Below are positions 29,001 through 38,366 of a stretch of 64,000 nt of DNA, in pieces. The stretch is from an uncultured delta proteobacterium (lineage in GTDB: Bacteria; Desulfobacterota; Desulfomonilia; Desulfomonilales; Desulfomonilaceae). The stretch is taken from NCBI GenBank assembly GCA_963789265.1, contig CAWBKB010000004.1:160001-224000 (forward strand), written 5' to 3'. Both the position numbers and the translations under genes were made by a program. Numbering within the stretch: position 1 is the stretch's first letter; each line of letters begins with the position of its first letter. The notes under the pieces were generated by a model. It had not been told where the DNA came from, made no database searches, and saw only the letters and a list, made by a program, of their open reading frames with translations.

Positions 29001-29413
29001 TTCGATCCTTTGAGCGGCTCGTGATGAAGAACCCTGGATATTCCGCCTCGAATCAGATCCTTGGCTTTTCTCGTAGCCGCTTCCGGATCGTCTGAAACCC
29101 AGGAGCAATGTTCACGGATGTTGACCATTTCGAAAAGGTACGGATTCATGCCGGCACTGGACACTGCATTGCGAAATGTAGGTTCATGCATTTTCGGTGA
29201 ACACGACGCCTCGACAACACGGTCAAGACCAAGTTCCGCGATGTCGTCCCGGATCAGTTTTTGGCCGGGTTCGGAACACATGTACTTGTAATGCCTGCAA
29301 ACAGCGACCTCTTCTAATTCGGAGCCGATTTCTTCGGCTATCCTTGCGCAATCAACTACTGCGCCTATGTTTATGCCTCAATGACAGATGTAAACGCCGA
29401 CTTTCTTCATCAT
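26057..29413 (-). CDS. hdrA: Selenocysteine-containing HdrA-like protein with an inserted GltD/NfnB-like NAD(P)H module (HdrL-type)
   Basis: MMKKVGVYICH-TGA-GINIG is in frame with the 29281 ORF. HdrA motifs CSPKMHE, IREHCSW, DKTFPTLDC, CVGSR and CSKVCC; insert has CGRIC..PCE, GSGPAG and GGGNVA. Confidence 0.9.
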
Positions 29414-30282
29414 GCAAACCCTTTTTCTTTCAACATAGCCAAAGGATCCACGACATGGCGGTTCAGCCCGAGATCCATCGCAGAGCAGCCAAATGAGAGA
29501 CCTAACAATTGCGTAAAATAGATTATGGGGATTTTGCAATTTGTGCCGTCCCTCGATCCGATTTCTTTTTGGCGCAGATCGAGATTTGCGTGACAGAGCT
29601 GGCATGCAACCACTATGGCATCGGCTCCCCGCCAGAAAGCTTCTCTGATCAAACGACCGCTGAGGTCGACGACTTTCTCCGTTTTGCTAAGAGAGAGGCC
29701 GGCTCCGCAGCATTCAACTTTGAAATCCCAATCGAGCACGTCTGCTCCGGCAGCTTTCAGGATCTCGTCAAGTGAGGTCGGGTTTTCCGGATCGTCGAAG
29801 TTCGTGACACCCGGTGGCTTGACAACATAGCAGCCGTAGTATGGGATAAGGTTCAACCCGTCGAGCGGCTTGATTACCTTGTTGCGAACGGCTTCCAGGC
29901 CCACATGTTGGCTGAGCAAGCCGAGCAGGTTGTAGACAGATAGTTTCGCGTTCAACTTTTTCTCGATAACCTGCTGAACCTTCTCGCTGAGTGCGGGATC
30001 GTTCACAATCTCTTGTTGTGCACTCTTCAAGCGTCTGAAGCAGAAAGGGCATGGAGCAACAACCTCAAATACTCCTTGCTGCTCCATCAAGGCCAAGTTG
30101 TGGGCCGCAAGAGAGGTGGAGAGCAACCGGTTCATTTTCAAAGCCGGAGAAGAACCGCAGCACGTCCATCCGGGCAGTTCTTCAAGTTCAACACCGAGAG
30201 TTCGGCAGACCTGCTTCACTGAGAGATCGTATTGTCTGGCGGTGCCTTCTAGAGAACATCCAGGGTAATAGCCCACCCTCAT
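29410..30282 (-). CDS. hdrB: Heterodisulfide reductase subunit B (CCG domains)
   Basis: YYPGCSL, WTCCG, CPFC, YYGC, CCGAG and CQLCH. Confidence 0.93.
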   Translation of the reverse strand: MRVGYYPGCSLEGTARQYDLSVKQVCRTLGVELEELPGWTCCGSSPALKMNRLLSTSLAAHNLALMEQQGVFEVVAPCPFCFRRLKSAQQEIVNDPALSEKVQQVIEKKLNAKLSVYNLLGLLSQHVGLEAVRNKVIKPLDGLNLIPYYGCYVVKPPGVTNFDDPENPTSLDEILKAAGADVLDWDFKVECCGAGLSLSKTEKVVDLSGRLIREAFWRGADAIVVACQLCHANLDLRQKEIGSRDGTNCKIPIIYFTQLLGLSFGCSAMDLGLNRHVVDPLAMLKEKGFA

Positions 30283-30854
30283 GCCTGTTCCCCTTCCGTT
30301 TCGCGGCGTGCCAGTGAGAAGATTCGAGAGACCTGCGGGCTTTTAGTCCAGCCGGTCAGCATCTCCAACGGCGAGACAGCACCTTTTCGCATCAGGGTTA
30401 TTGCTTTATCCAGATCCTTGAAAGGATTTCCGGTTAGAAGATTGTATGCGGTGACGGTTCGTAACTCCTTCACGCGACCGTATTTCTCCACGGATTTTAG
30501 GAACAACTTCTCAAAGAGGTGGATGTCCGGCTCGGAAGGGGCGACTCCACTCTCTTCGGCCAGTTCGCAGAGTGTAGTGGCGACCCGGTACATGTTGATT
30601 TCAACCGGGCACCGGCTCATACAGGTTCCGCAGCTTACGCAATACCACCAGGTTGGATTGTTCAATGCTTCGTCGCTCATGCCGGACAGAATTTGGGCGA
30701 TGAGCCGCCGAGGGCCGCTCACAGTCTCCGATGCTATGGGACAGCCTCCTGTGCACTTGCCGCACTGGAGGCACTCCAATAGATTTTGTCCGCTCCGTAG
30801 CACTACCCGATCCAGGAATTCCTTCTCCGCGGAGGACCCTGTAAGTCTTAGCAT
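30279..30854 (-). CDS. hdrC: Heterodisulfide reductase subunit C
   Basis: CLQCGKCTGGCP and WYCVSCGTCMSRCP; adjacent to hdrB. Confidence 0.92.
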   Translation of the reverse strand: MLRLTGSSAEKEFLDRVVLRSGQNLLECLQCGKCTGGCPIASETVSGPRRLIAQILSGMSDEALNNPTWWYCVSCGTCMSRCPVEINMYRVATTLCELAEESGVAPSEPDIHLFEKLFLKSVEKYGRVKELRTVTAYNLLTGNPFKDLDKAITLMRKGAVSPLEMLTGWTKSPQVSRIFSLARRETEGEQA

Positions 30855-30866
30855 TACGTTTTCCCT

Positions 30867-31391
30867 CTATAGAGCTCTTGTAACTTTGAGTGCCTCTTTT
30901 TGCCGCTTGTCCTGGACAACTACAGGAGCACCTCCGAACGTCAAGGCTCCTGTCGGGCATTTCAGGGCGCATACTGGCCAAAGCCCCTGATCAATGCGAT
31001 CTTTGCATGCATCGCATTTGGCAATCTTCCCGGTGTCTTGATTCAGCGCAGGGATCCCGTACGGGCAGGCTACTGCGCACGTTTGACATCCTATGCAGAT
31101 TTCCGGATCGGAAAACACGATTCCGTCCTCTCTCTTTTGCATAGCTCCAGTGGGACACGCTGTGACGCACGCCGGGCGGTCGCAGTGGAAACACGCCGTC
31201 GGCAAGAATGACATCCTCAGGCTCTCACCTTGCTCGAATGGGCCAAGTTGCAGCACTTTGACAGTTCGGCAGCAGGCGGGCAGATCATGCTCCAGTTGGC
31301 AGGCCGCCAGACAGCTCTCGCAACCTATGCAAACGGACGCGTCCACCAACAAAAGGTTCTTGGGTTTGTTTTCGGAGTGGATATCGCTCAT
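30867..31391 (-). CDS. DmsB/FdnH-like four-cluster Fe-S subunit
   Basis: CIGCESCLAAC, CFHC..C..CP, CIGCQTCAVACP and KCDAC..C..CP. Confidence 0.9.
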   Translation of the reverse strand: MSDIHSENKPKNLLLVDASVCIGCESCLAACQLEHDLPACCRTVKVLQLGPFEQGESLRMSFLPTACFHCDRPACVTACPTGAMQKREDGIVFSDPEICIGCQTCAVACPYGIPALNQDTGKIAKCDACKDRIDQGLWPVCALKCPTGALTFGGAPVVVQDKRQKEALKVTRAL

Positions 31392-33406
31392 GTAAGCAGC
31401 TCTTTAAGAATGTTGAGAGCCTCTTGGCTCGATTGACCCTTTCTGCGAACGGAAACCTTCTTCTGCTTCGGCCCCTGCTGAAGGTGGACCAGCCAACGAG
31501 GAACCATTCGCGTAAGCCAGGCTCGAGCTCTCACAATGCCGTCGCATCCCTGAACGAATACTTCGTCACCGGTTTGGATGCCCAACGCGTTAGCGGTCTC
31601 TGGATTGATCTGCAATACCCGCGCATCTTTCAATACTCCGCGGCCAGGGCAAAACTCGGCCCTGGAAACAACATCCGGAACCTCCAGGTAAAGGGGATAA
31701 GGCTCTTCCGAACCTCCAGAAAGATGTTCCAATGCAGGTTGCAGTGTGAGCGCGATATTTTTGGTGGGCTCCACGGGTGGCGTGGGAGTCGTCCGGCGCG
31801 ATCGGTTCCGGTCGAAAGGCCAGTAAACGAATTCGCCTTTGTCGGAGGCTTTCCTAAGAATCTCGATTGTGCATCCTTTTGTGGCGGAATTCCGGTCGAG
31901 CAGCCAATCTGAGAAGGCTACAAGGTCAGCACTTCCGTCATCAGACCGCCATGGAAAGCGATCGTCCCACTGGAAGCGCTCGGCAAGCCCTATCCAGAAG
32001 TCGAGACCTGATCTCGTCTCGCGCGGAGGCTCGACAATCTTACGACCCCAACGAATCGCCCCGTCATTTGTGAAGAATAGGCCGTCCCTTTCCGCCCAAG
32101 CTTCCGCGGGAAACACGATATGGGAAAGCTGCTCCGCCCGGTTGGCGATCGGCCCGAAATATGCCGTCAACGAGGTGTCTTCGGTCCGCGCTGTTAAGCG
32201 TCCAAGAAAGTCGTGAAGATAATCGCCGGAACATATTATTGCCCGTGGAGGATCAACTTGGTTGCTTGTCACCTTGGCCAGAAGATCGTCCGCAGAAACG
32301 GAAGAATCAGCCTCCGGATTTTGGTCGGTTGCTTCGGATTCTGGTACCTGCAAATCCGCAGAGGTACTAAGTGGCGGTTGTCCGGCATCGAGCGGATACC
32401 AGCCGCCCCCTTTCTCGCCTGTCCAGCCCATGGCGGCAGACATTGTCGGCCAGATTCCATCACTCGACGAACTGCCGCGAGCTCTGCCGGTTATCAATTG
32501 TACGATCCCCACGTTGGCAAGAAGATAGGCGGTTTCCTTCAGCTCTTTGCAAGACACACCAATCGTGTCGGCTGCGGCTTCCAAAGAAATCCGTTCCAAG
32601 GAATTTCCCAGTGACTCGGCGACGGTGAATTGATTTGAGACGGAATCAGGTGTGCGCAGGTCCTCCTCCAGGATCACTTTCATGAGTCCCACGCCCAGAA
32701 CATTGGCGGTCGCCGGTCTGGTTCTCAACACAATGTCGGCCTTGGACATGGTCTTTGTGAAACGAGTATCTGCGACCACGACTTTCGCGCCTCTTTTTTG
32801 AGCTTCCAGCACCCAGCGGAAAGCTACTGGATGGGTTGAAGCCGGGTCCGCACCTACGATGAAGAGACATCGGCTGTGAATCCAGTCGAAACAAGAACAA
32901 GCCGGAGCATTGAGGAAGTCGGCCGGATACGAACCGTATGAGCGATCAACGGAGCTGAAGACGTAGGGCGTACCCCAGAGAGCTGCAAAACGTTTCGCCG
33001 CTAGGATAAAATCCAAGCCCGCCGCCGGGTCGCACTGGATGAAAAGGCTCGTCGGACCGTATTGATCTCGAATTTTTTTGAGACGATCAGCCAGCAAATC
33101 CAAAGCGCGGTTCCAGGTTTCCAGTTCGTCGAAGTCCTCATTCAGTGAATTCCTGGCTCTAGGCTTTGCGATCCTTTCCGGGCTATACAGATCTCGGACG
33201 AAATTTGTGCCGGCCGCACACAAGGTGCCCACGCTCACAGAGTCCTTCTCATCACCATGGACATCGACGAGTCGGCCTTCACAGACGTAAGCACACAGGC
33301 CGCAGCCCACTGAGCACTCCCTGCATATCGTTGTTACTATGCGATCATGTTCTCTTCGAGTCCCGTTCGATCGTCTGATGGGATGATAATCAAGCATACC
33401 ATTCAT
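31388..33406 (-). CDS. Molybdopterin-oxidoreductase-like large subunit (divergent)
   Basis: N-terminal CRECSVGC..LC, GADPASTHP and C-terminal INPETANALGIQTGDEV; ATG 33406 lies after RBS AAGGAAGG and a sigma54 promoter. Confidence 0.78.
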   Translation of the reverse strand: MNGMLDYHPIRRSNGTRREHDRIVTTICRECSVGCGLCAYVCEGRLVDVHGDEKDSVSVGTLCAAGTNFVRDLYSPERIAKPRARNSLNEDFDELETWNRALDLLADRLKKIRDQYGPTSLFIQCDPAAGLDFILAAKRFAALWGTPYVFSSVDRSYGSYPADFLNAPACSCFDWIHSRCLFIVGADPASTHPVAFRWVLEAQKRGAKVVVADTRFTKTMSKADIVLRTRPATANVLGVGLMKVILEEDLRTPDSVSNQFTVAESLGNSLERISLEAAADTIGVSCKELKETAYLLANVGIVQLITGRARGSSSSDGIWPTMSAAMGWTGEKGGGWYPLDAGQPPLSTSADLQVPESEATDQNPEADSSVSADDLLAKVTSNQVDPPRAIICSGDYLHDFLGRLTARTEDTSLTAYFGPIANRAEQLSHIVFPAEAWAERDGLFFTNDGAIRWGRKIVEPPRETRSGLDFWIGLAERFQWDDRFPWRSDDGSADLVAFSDWLLDRNSATKGCTIEILRKASDKGEFVYWPFDRNRSRRTTPTPPVEPTKNIALTLQPALEHLSGGSEEPYPLYLEVPDVVSRAEFCPGRGVLKDARVLQINPETANALGIQTGDEVFVQGCDGIVRARAWLTRMVPRWLVHLQQGPKQKKVSVRRKGQSSQEALNILKELLT

Positions 33407-33457
33407 GACCTTCCTTAGTTCCGCAGACAACTCTGGACTGGCGCCGTACGGCCAAGA

Positions 33458-33473
33458 AGCAAATACCATGCCA
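33458..33473 (-). promoter_or_regulatory. Sigma54 promoter of the Mo-subunit/hdr/mvh operon
   Basis: Minus strand reads TGGCATGGTATTTGCT (GG-N10-GC), about 52 bp upstream of ATG 33406. Confidence 0.8.
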
Positions 33474-33816
33474 CGGCGCAGATCCCTTCCCATCTCATGA
33501 CGCCATGAGTACCTATTTAGGGCCGATTCGATCTCTATGGGAAACCGCACAGGTTTGGGGGCTAATGCCGCGGGAATCAATACCCCATTCCATTCGGGCC
33601 ATTGTCGATCAATTGCTTGACATAACTAAGTAATCCGGATTTTGGGGTCATGTGGGGCAAAAGAGGTTGTTCCGGTCGCGCGTTCAGGTCGTTTGCCTCC
33701 GGTCGCGGTGGGAAGAACGCAAGAAAAGGGCGCTTACATACAGATAAATATATCATATTATCAGATAATTACGCACTCAGATAATTCTAAGTCAGGTACG
33801 TTTCCAACTGAGACTA

Positions 33817-33833
33817 TTGGTACAAATCGTGCA
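33817..33833 (+). promoter_or_regulatory. Sigma54 promoter for the divergent plus-strand genes
   Basis: TTGGTACAAATCGTGCA (GG-N10-GC), preceded by an AT-rich tract with three CAGATAA repeats (33741-33785). Confidence 0.6.
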
Positions 33834-34201
33834 AGACGTGCAACTGACTAACCTCACGAATCTATGGAACAAGCATGAAAAGTTAGGCGGACAAGGCATC
33901 AACTCCGGAGAGAGGCTCAGCGGGCGTTTCACGGACGCATTGTCGTGCGTAGAAGCCATGTGGCAGAAACTCGCTCCAGAAGATCTAAGCTTTCGTTCGT
34001 CTATTTCATGCTGAAGCCCTTTCTAAGAGGATGCAAGTCCCTGGAGAAGGGGAGGCCCTTTGATCTGGTAGGAAAGGGGGTAGATAAGATTCAGGATCAG
34101 CAATAGAGAGGCAAAGGGTCTGCCAATGAGGCGGCTCCGCTTACTTGGGAGGAAGTAAGGGGACCGGACAACCATCCTCCATATACAAGAAAGGTGTGGA
34201 A

Positions 34202-34732
34202 ATGACACTTGCAGTGCTGATCGCCATTAGCATCATGTGGCTACCGGTCGCGATACTTTTCCTGGGCCAAGGCGAAGCGAAGGGTACCGGCGCAGCCACA
34301 GGTTTTGTTGGGGCCGTGGTAGTTTTGAGCGCCATACTCCAGGCAGCGGTCTTCAAAGATCCGTTCACAGCCGGGCTGCTATTCGTTCATGGGCTGCTTT
34401 ACTGCACAGTAGCTTATGCGTTGCTTGCGGGTCTGGAAGATCTCAGGTCTGTGGGCAACGTTAGTCTGACAGTTGCCATTGTCTCTGCAATTTACATGGT
34501 CATCTTTTTCACGGGAGGGTCGATTGGAGCAGATGGAAAACAGTTGGTCGCTCCGAGCAATTTCTTCGCGATGGCCTGCGCCGGTTACTGTATCCTCACT
34601 CTTGAGGTATGGCTCAACGCGTACGGCAAGTTCCCGGCAAAAGGTCTTGCCTGGTCGCTCATAGTGTGGGCTTTCGTTGGGCTTTGGCTGCCTGCGTTCT
34701 CACTTTTGGCAACGGGGAAGCTTCCTTTCTGA
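34202..34732 (+). CDS. AmiS/UreI-like small-solute membrane channel
   Basis: About six hydrophobic segments; AGLLFVHGLLY, LRSVGNVSL and GLWLPAFSLL resemble AmiS/UreI; RBS AAGGTG. Confidence 0.6.
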   Translation: MTLAVLIAISIMWLPVAILFLGQGEAKGTGAATGFVGAVVVLSAILQAAVFKDPFTAGLLFVHGLLYCTVAYALLAGLEDLRSVGNVSLTVAIVSAIYMVIFFTGGSIGADGKQLVAPSNFFAMACAGYCILTLEVWLNAYGKFPAKGLAWSLIVWAFVGLWLPAFSLLATGKLPF

Positions 34733-34877
34733 GGTCGCGGGAGTTCACTGCTGCTTCGCAGCCGCGCAAGGAGCAGTGATCTCCCCGCCCAGTATAGTGA
34801 AGTCTGGACCGCCGAGAGGTGTGCTCTCGTCTAATGGAGCTTGAAGGCGAGTTTTTCGATTCGGGAGGGGGCGGAAA

Positions 34878-36050
34878 ATGTTCAGGGCAGCTACGGTGGT
34901 TGGCAACGACCGATTTTCAAAAGCTACGGGTCGGCGCCTGGCCGACTCACTCATCAAGGAGTTGGGTCAACGTCCGGATGCTTGCTGGCTCTTTTGTGCG
35001 GCAAGCAACGGTCTTCAGGATCTCGTGGAAGGAGCGTTCGATGCGGCCGGTGCGAAGTACTTCGTTGGATGTACCACTGACGGCGAAATCTCTACAACGG
35101 GGTTTAGCACCGGATCCGCGGTCCTGGCGGGAATCGCAACCGATCAGATTAGTTTTCAGGTTGCGTACACATCCGGCATTAGCCGCGACGGGGAATGGGC
35201 TGGGCGGCAGTTAGCCGAAGCATTGTCCCGTACCTCCCGTCATGTGCAACTGCTGTCGGATGGGCTTACAGGCAACGGGAGCGCCATTGCGCGAGGGATG
35301 ACGACGATCCTTGGGCCCGATGTCCCTATAAGTGGAGGGGCAGCGGGTGACTCAAGGCAGTTCAAGCGAACCTGGCAGTTTATCGGAAACAGGGTGCTTT
35401 CCGATTCGGCCGTAGCCATAGCGATGGACGGCAATTTCCATGTAGGAACCGGGGTAAGAAGTGGTTGGATCCCGGCAGGAATGCCCAGGAAGGTCACCCG
35501 GGCGCGAGGCAACGTGGTCTATGAATTCGATGGTGAGCCGGCCCTAGCGGTTTACCGAATGTATCTCGGTCCATTTGCGGATAAGCTTCCTGCTATAGGG
35601 GTGCAGTTCCCGTTTGGCATCATAGACGAATCTCTCGGCCTGGGCACGGATCCCATTTTACGTGCACCTATGGCGCTTAGCGAACAAGATGGCTCCGTCA
35701 CCTTTGCAGGAGAAGTTCCCGAAGGGGCAACCATGGTTTTGACCACCGGTGGAGTTGGCGAAAGCCTGTTGGAAGCTTCCGCTGAAGCGGCCAGACGAGC
35801 CCTATTCGATCTGGGAGACAGTACGCCGGCCATGATATTTTTTTACTCCTGCATGGCCCGTAAGATCGTGTTAGGACGTCGCACGGGCGAAGAAACGTCG
35901 CGCATTTGCTCGATTATCGGCAAGGGCGTGCCGGTAACCGGCTTCTACACCTATGGGGAGTACTGTCCTTCCCAACGAGGTAGCGGATGCCTGCTTCACA
36001 ATGAGACCGCGACCGTAACAGTGATCGGGTTGCCTCCCAGACGTCTTTGA
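34878..36050 (+). CDS. FIST signal transduction protein (paralog of 16884..18047)
   Basis: GCTTDGEIST, SDGLTGNG, FFYSCMARK, GFYTYGE and HNET. Confidence 0.9.
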   Translation: MFRAATVVGNDRFSKATGRRLADSLIKELGQRPDACWLFCAASNGLQDLVEGAFDAAGAKYFVGCTTDGEISTTGFSTGSAVLAGIATDQISFQVAYTSGISRDGEWAGRQLAEALSRTSRHVQLLSDGLTGNGSAIARGMTTILGPDVPISGGAAGDSRQFKRTWQFIGNRVLSDSAVAIAMDGNFHVGTGVRSGWIPAGMPRKVTRARGNVVYEFDGEPALAVYRMYLGPFADKLPAIGVQFPFGIIDESLGLGTDPILRAPMALSEQDGSVTFAGEVPEGATMVLTTGGVGESLLEASAEAARRALFDLGDSTPAMIFFYSCMARKIVLGRRTGEETSRICSIIGKGVPVTGFYTYGEYCPSQRGSGCLLHNETATVTVIGLPPRRL

Positions 36051-36179
36051 TCCGCTTAAAGTCCGAAGAATCTTGGCGGACTTTGGGTCGGAAGCCTGAA
36101 CCGATGGTTCAGGCGATTGGACCGACAAACCGCGGTACCAGGCAGGCTCTCTTAAAGGGCTTGCCTCCCGTGAGGTGAG

Positions 36180-37445
36180 ATGAAAGCAAAAGAATCCTAC
36201 GCCGGATTCCCTCCACTCTCCGAAGTTGACCACATAGTGGAGGCTTTGGTCCACGATCCGCCCGATCGGCGATGGCGTATAGTGCGGGATTTATTCCGCA
36301 TTGACGACCGGGAGCGAACGCAGGAACTGATTACCAGGCTTCAACCGTACCTTTACCAAGTCGAAGATTTTCGGGTCAAATCACGTATAACCATAGCCTT
36401 GCAAGCGCTGCACCACCCGGGCGACACAGAGGGGTATCGGCTGATCAAGGGAAAGGGAGCTTTCCAAATGTCCGATCTTGAATCTTGCCGGGGCAAGCAA
36501 TCGGGACAGGAAGTCTTGCGGCACAACTTCGCTCCAGTCGTGGATTTTCATATTCATCCCAAAGTGCCGGATCTGAAATTATTTGCCGACCTGAGCCGGG
36601 CCGGGATCGCCTATGCGGTTATTCTCGCGACGGATACCGATCCCTCGGATGTTGACCGACCTGAAATCAGAGATGAGTTGCGAAAGGAATATTCGGGTTG
36701 TGCCCAATCGCATCGCCTGCCGTTCGACAAGGTGCTCGGACAAATAAGAGCAAGCCTCTATTCTCCGACTCATGTCACGAATCAGGACGTTGCAGACTGG
36801 GTAGAAGACTATCCGGACATTCTCTTCGGGTTCGGATCGGTAAACCTGTCGAAGGACAAATCGTACGTGGAGCGAAAACTCGAAGAGATCCAAGAGCTGA
36901 GGCTTCCGGGAATCAAGCTGCTGCCGTTTTCACAGTTCTTCAATCCTGCTGACAGTGAAAACGTTAATTTGCTCTTCGATTATTGCAGGCAGACCGGCTC
37001 CATCGTCCTCTCTCATACCGGCTGCGCCGCGGGACCGTTCGAGATCCTTGAACTGAGCCGGAATGCACATCCGGGAAATTGGGAACCGGTACTGAAAAAG
37101 TATCCGGACGTCCCCCTCGTCCTGGCCCATTGCGGATCGTACAGTAGTTATATTCCCGGAATTTGGCTCTATGAGGCCCTGCAAATGGGGAAGAAGTTCA
37201 GAAACGTTTTCGCAGACATAGCCGCGGTAGAATGGCTACTGGACCGGGAAACGGTCGTCAAAGAAATTCGAAAGACTATCGGATTCGATCGCATTCTTTT
37301 CGGCACGGATTACCCGTTGCCGCTTTCAGCAGGAGTAAGTATGGCCTATTTAGTCAGTGGGATTAAAGCAAATATTCTTCTGACTGAAAAGGAAAAGCGC
37401 AAAGTCCTGGGCGGAAACGCGGCTGAACTACTGGATATAGGATAA
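36180..37445 (+). CDS. Amidohydrolase_2-family metallohydrolase with an N-terminal helical extension
   Basis: DFHIH, GIKL, HTG, LAHCG and ILFGTDYP. Confidence 0.85.
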   Translation: MKAKESYAGFPPLSEVDHIVEALVHDPPDRRWRIVRDLFRIDDRERTQELITRLQPYLYQVEDFRVKSRITIALQALHHPGDTEGYRLIKGKGAFQMSDLESCRGKQSGQEVLRHNFAPVVDFHIHPKVPDLKLFADLSRAGIAYAVILATDTDPSDVDRPEIRDELRKEYSGCAQSHRLPFDKVLGQIRASLYSPTHVTNQDVADWVEDYPDILFGFGSVNLSKDKSYVERKLEEIQELRLPGIKLLPFSQFFNPADSENVNLLFDYCRQTGSIVLSHTGCAAGPFEILELSRNAHPGNWEPVLKKYPDVPLVLAHCGSYSSYIPGIWLYEALQMGKKFRNVFADIAAVEWLLDRETVVKEIRKTIGFDRILFGTDYPLPLSAGVSMAYLVSGIKANILLTEKEKRKVLGGNAAELLDIG

Positions 37446-37487
37446 ACGGCAGAATGTGCCTTCCGGGTCTTTGTGAAAGGCGATTAA

Positions 37488-38325
37488 GTGGAACAAGGGG
37501 ATCTTACTAAGGAAATCACCGCATTAGCGGCGTTGCCGGACCACAGGATTGAGCTGGCTTCCGCAGCCCTCACCATCGCAAGGTCGGAATACCCGGATCT
37601 TGACGCATCGCGGTACGAAGAGCAGTTGAACGACATGGCCGCAACACTGAATCCAAGAATCCGGCAGATACCGACGTCGGAACGCGCACTCGATGAACTT
37701 AATAGCCTCATATTCAAGGAAGTCGGATTCCGCGGGAACCGCGATGATTACTACGATCCCAAAAACAGTTTCCTCAACGAGGTTCTTGACCGGAAACTCG
37801 GCATTCCTATCACTCTTTGCGTTGTTTACATGGAAGTGGGCAGGCGAGTAGGTCTGCCCCTTTACGGAATAGGTTTCCCGGGCCACTTCTTGACGGGTTC
37901 TGGTCACTGAAAAGAGCAGAGTTTTCATCGACCCGTTCAATGACGGGAAAATTCTCAGCGAAAGCGACCTTGTCAGGATGCTTCATGGTGGATTCGGCAG
38001 ATCGTTGCCTTTCAAGCAAAATCTCCTCGATCCGATGTGGCCCAAACAGATCTTGGTTAGGCTTCTGCGCAATTTGAAAGCCATTTATTGGCGCCGATCC
38101 CAATATTTAAGGGCGCTCCAGATGATCCAATGGATCTTAATCTTGAATCCGGATTCTGCCCCGGACCTTAAAGAGAGGGGGCTAATCTCTGAAGCCATAG
38201 GCGATATCCCAGGAGCAATCGAGGATCTTCAAAGATATTTGGAGCTCACCACCGCAGCGGAAGACGAACAGATCGTAAGAGCGACGATCGAGCGGCTGAA
38301 GAAGAGGAAGACTACGATTCATTGA
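37488..38325 (+). CDS. SirB1-like transglutaminase-fold + TPR protein; apparent frameshift near 37895
   Basis: FRGN..DYYDPKNSFLNEVLDRKLGIPITL and GIGFPGHFL, then FIDPF..RLLRNLK..TPR in another frame. Confidence 0.8.
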
Positions 38326-38366
38326 GGACTACCCATAATGGGAATAGACTAATAACGGTGCGAGAA

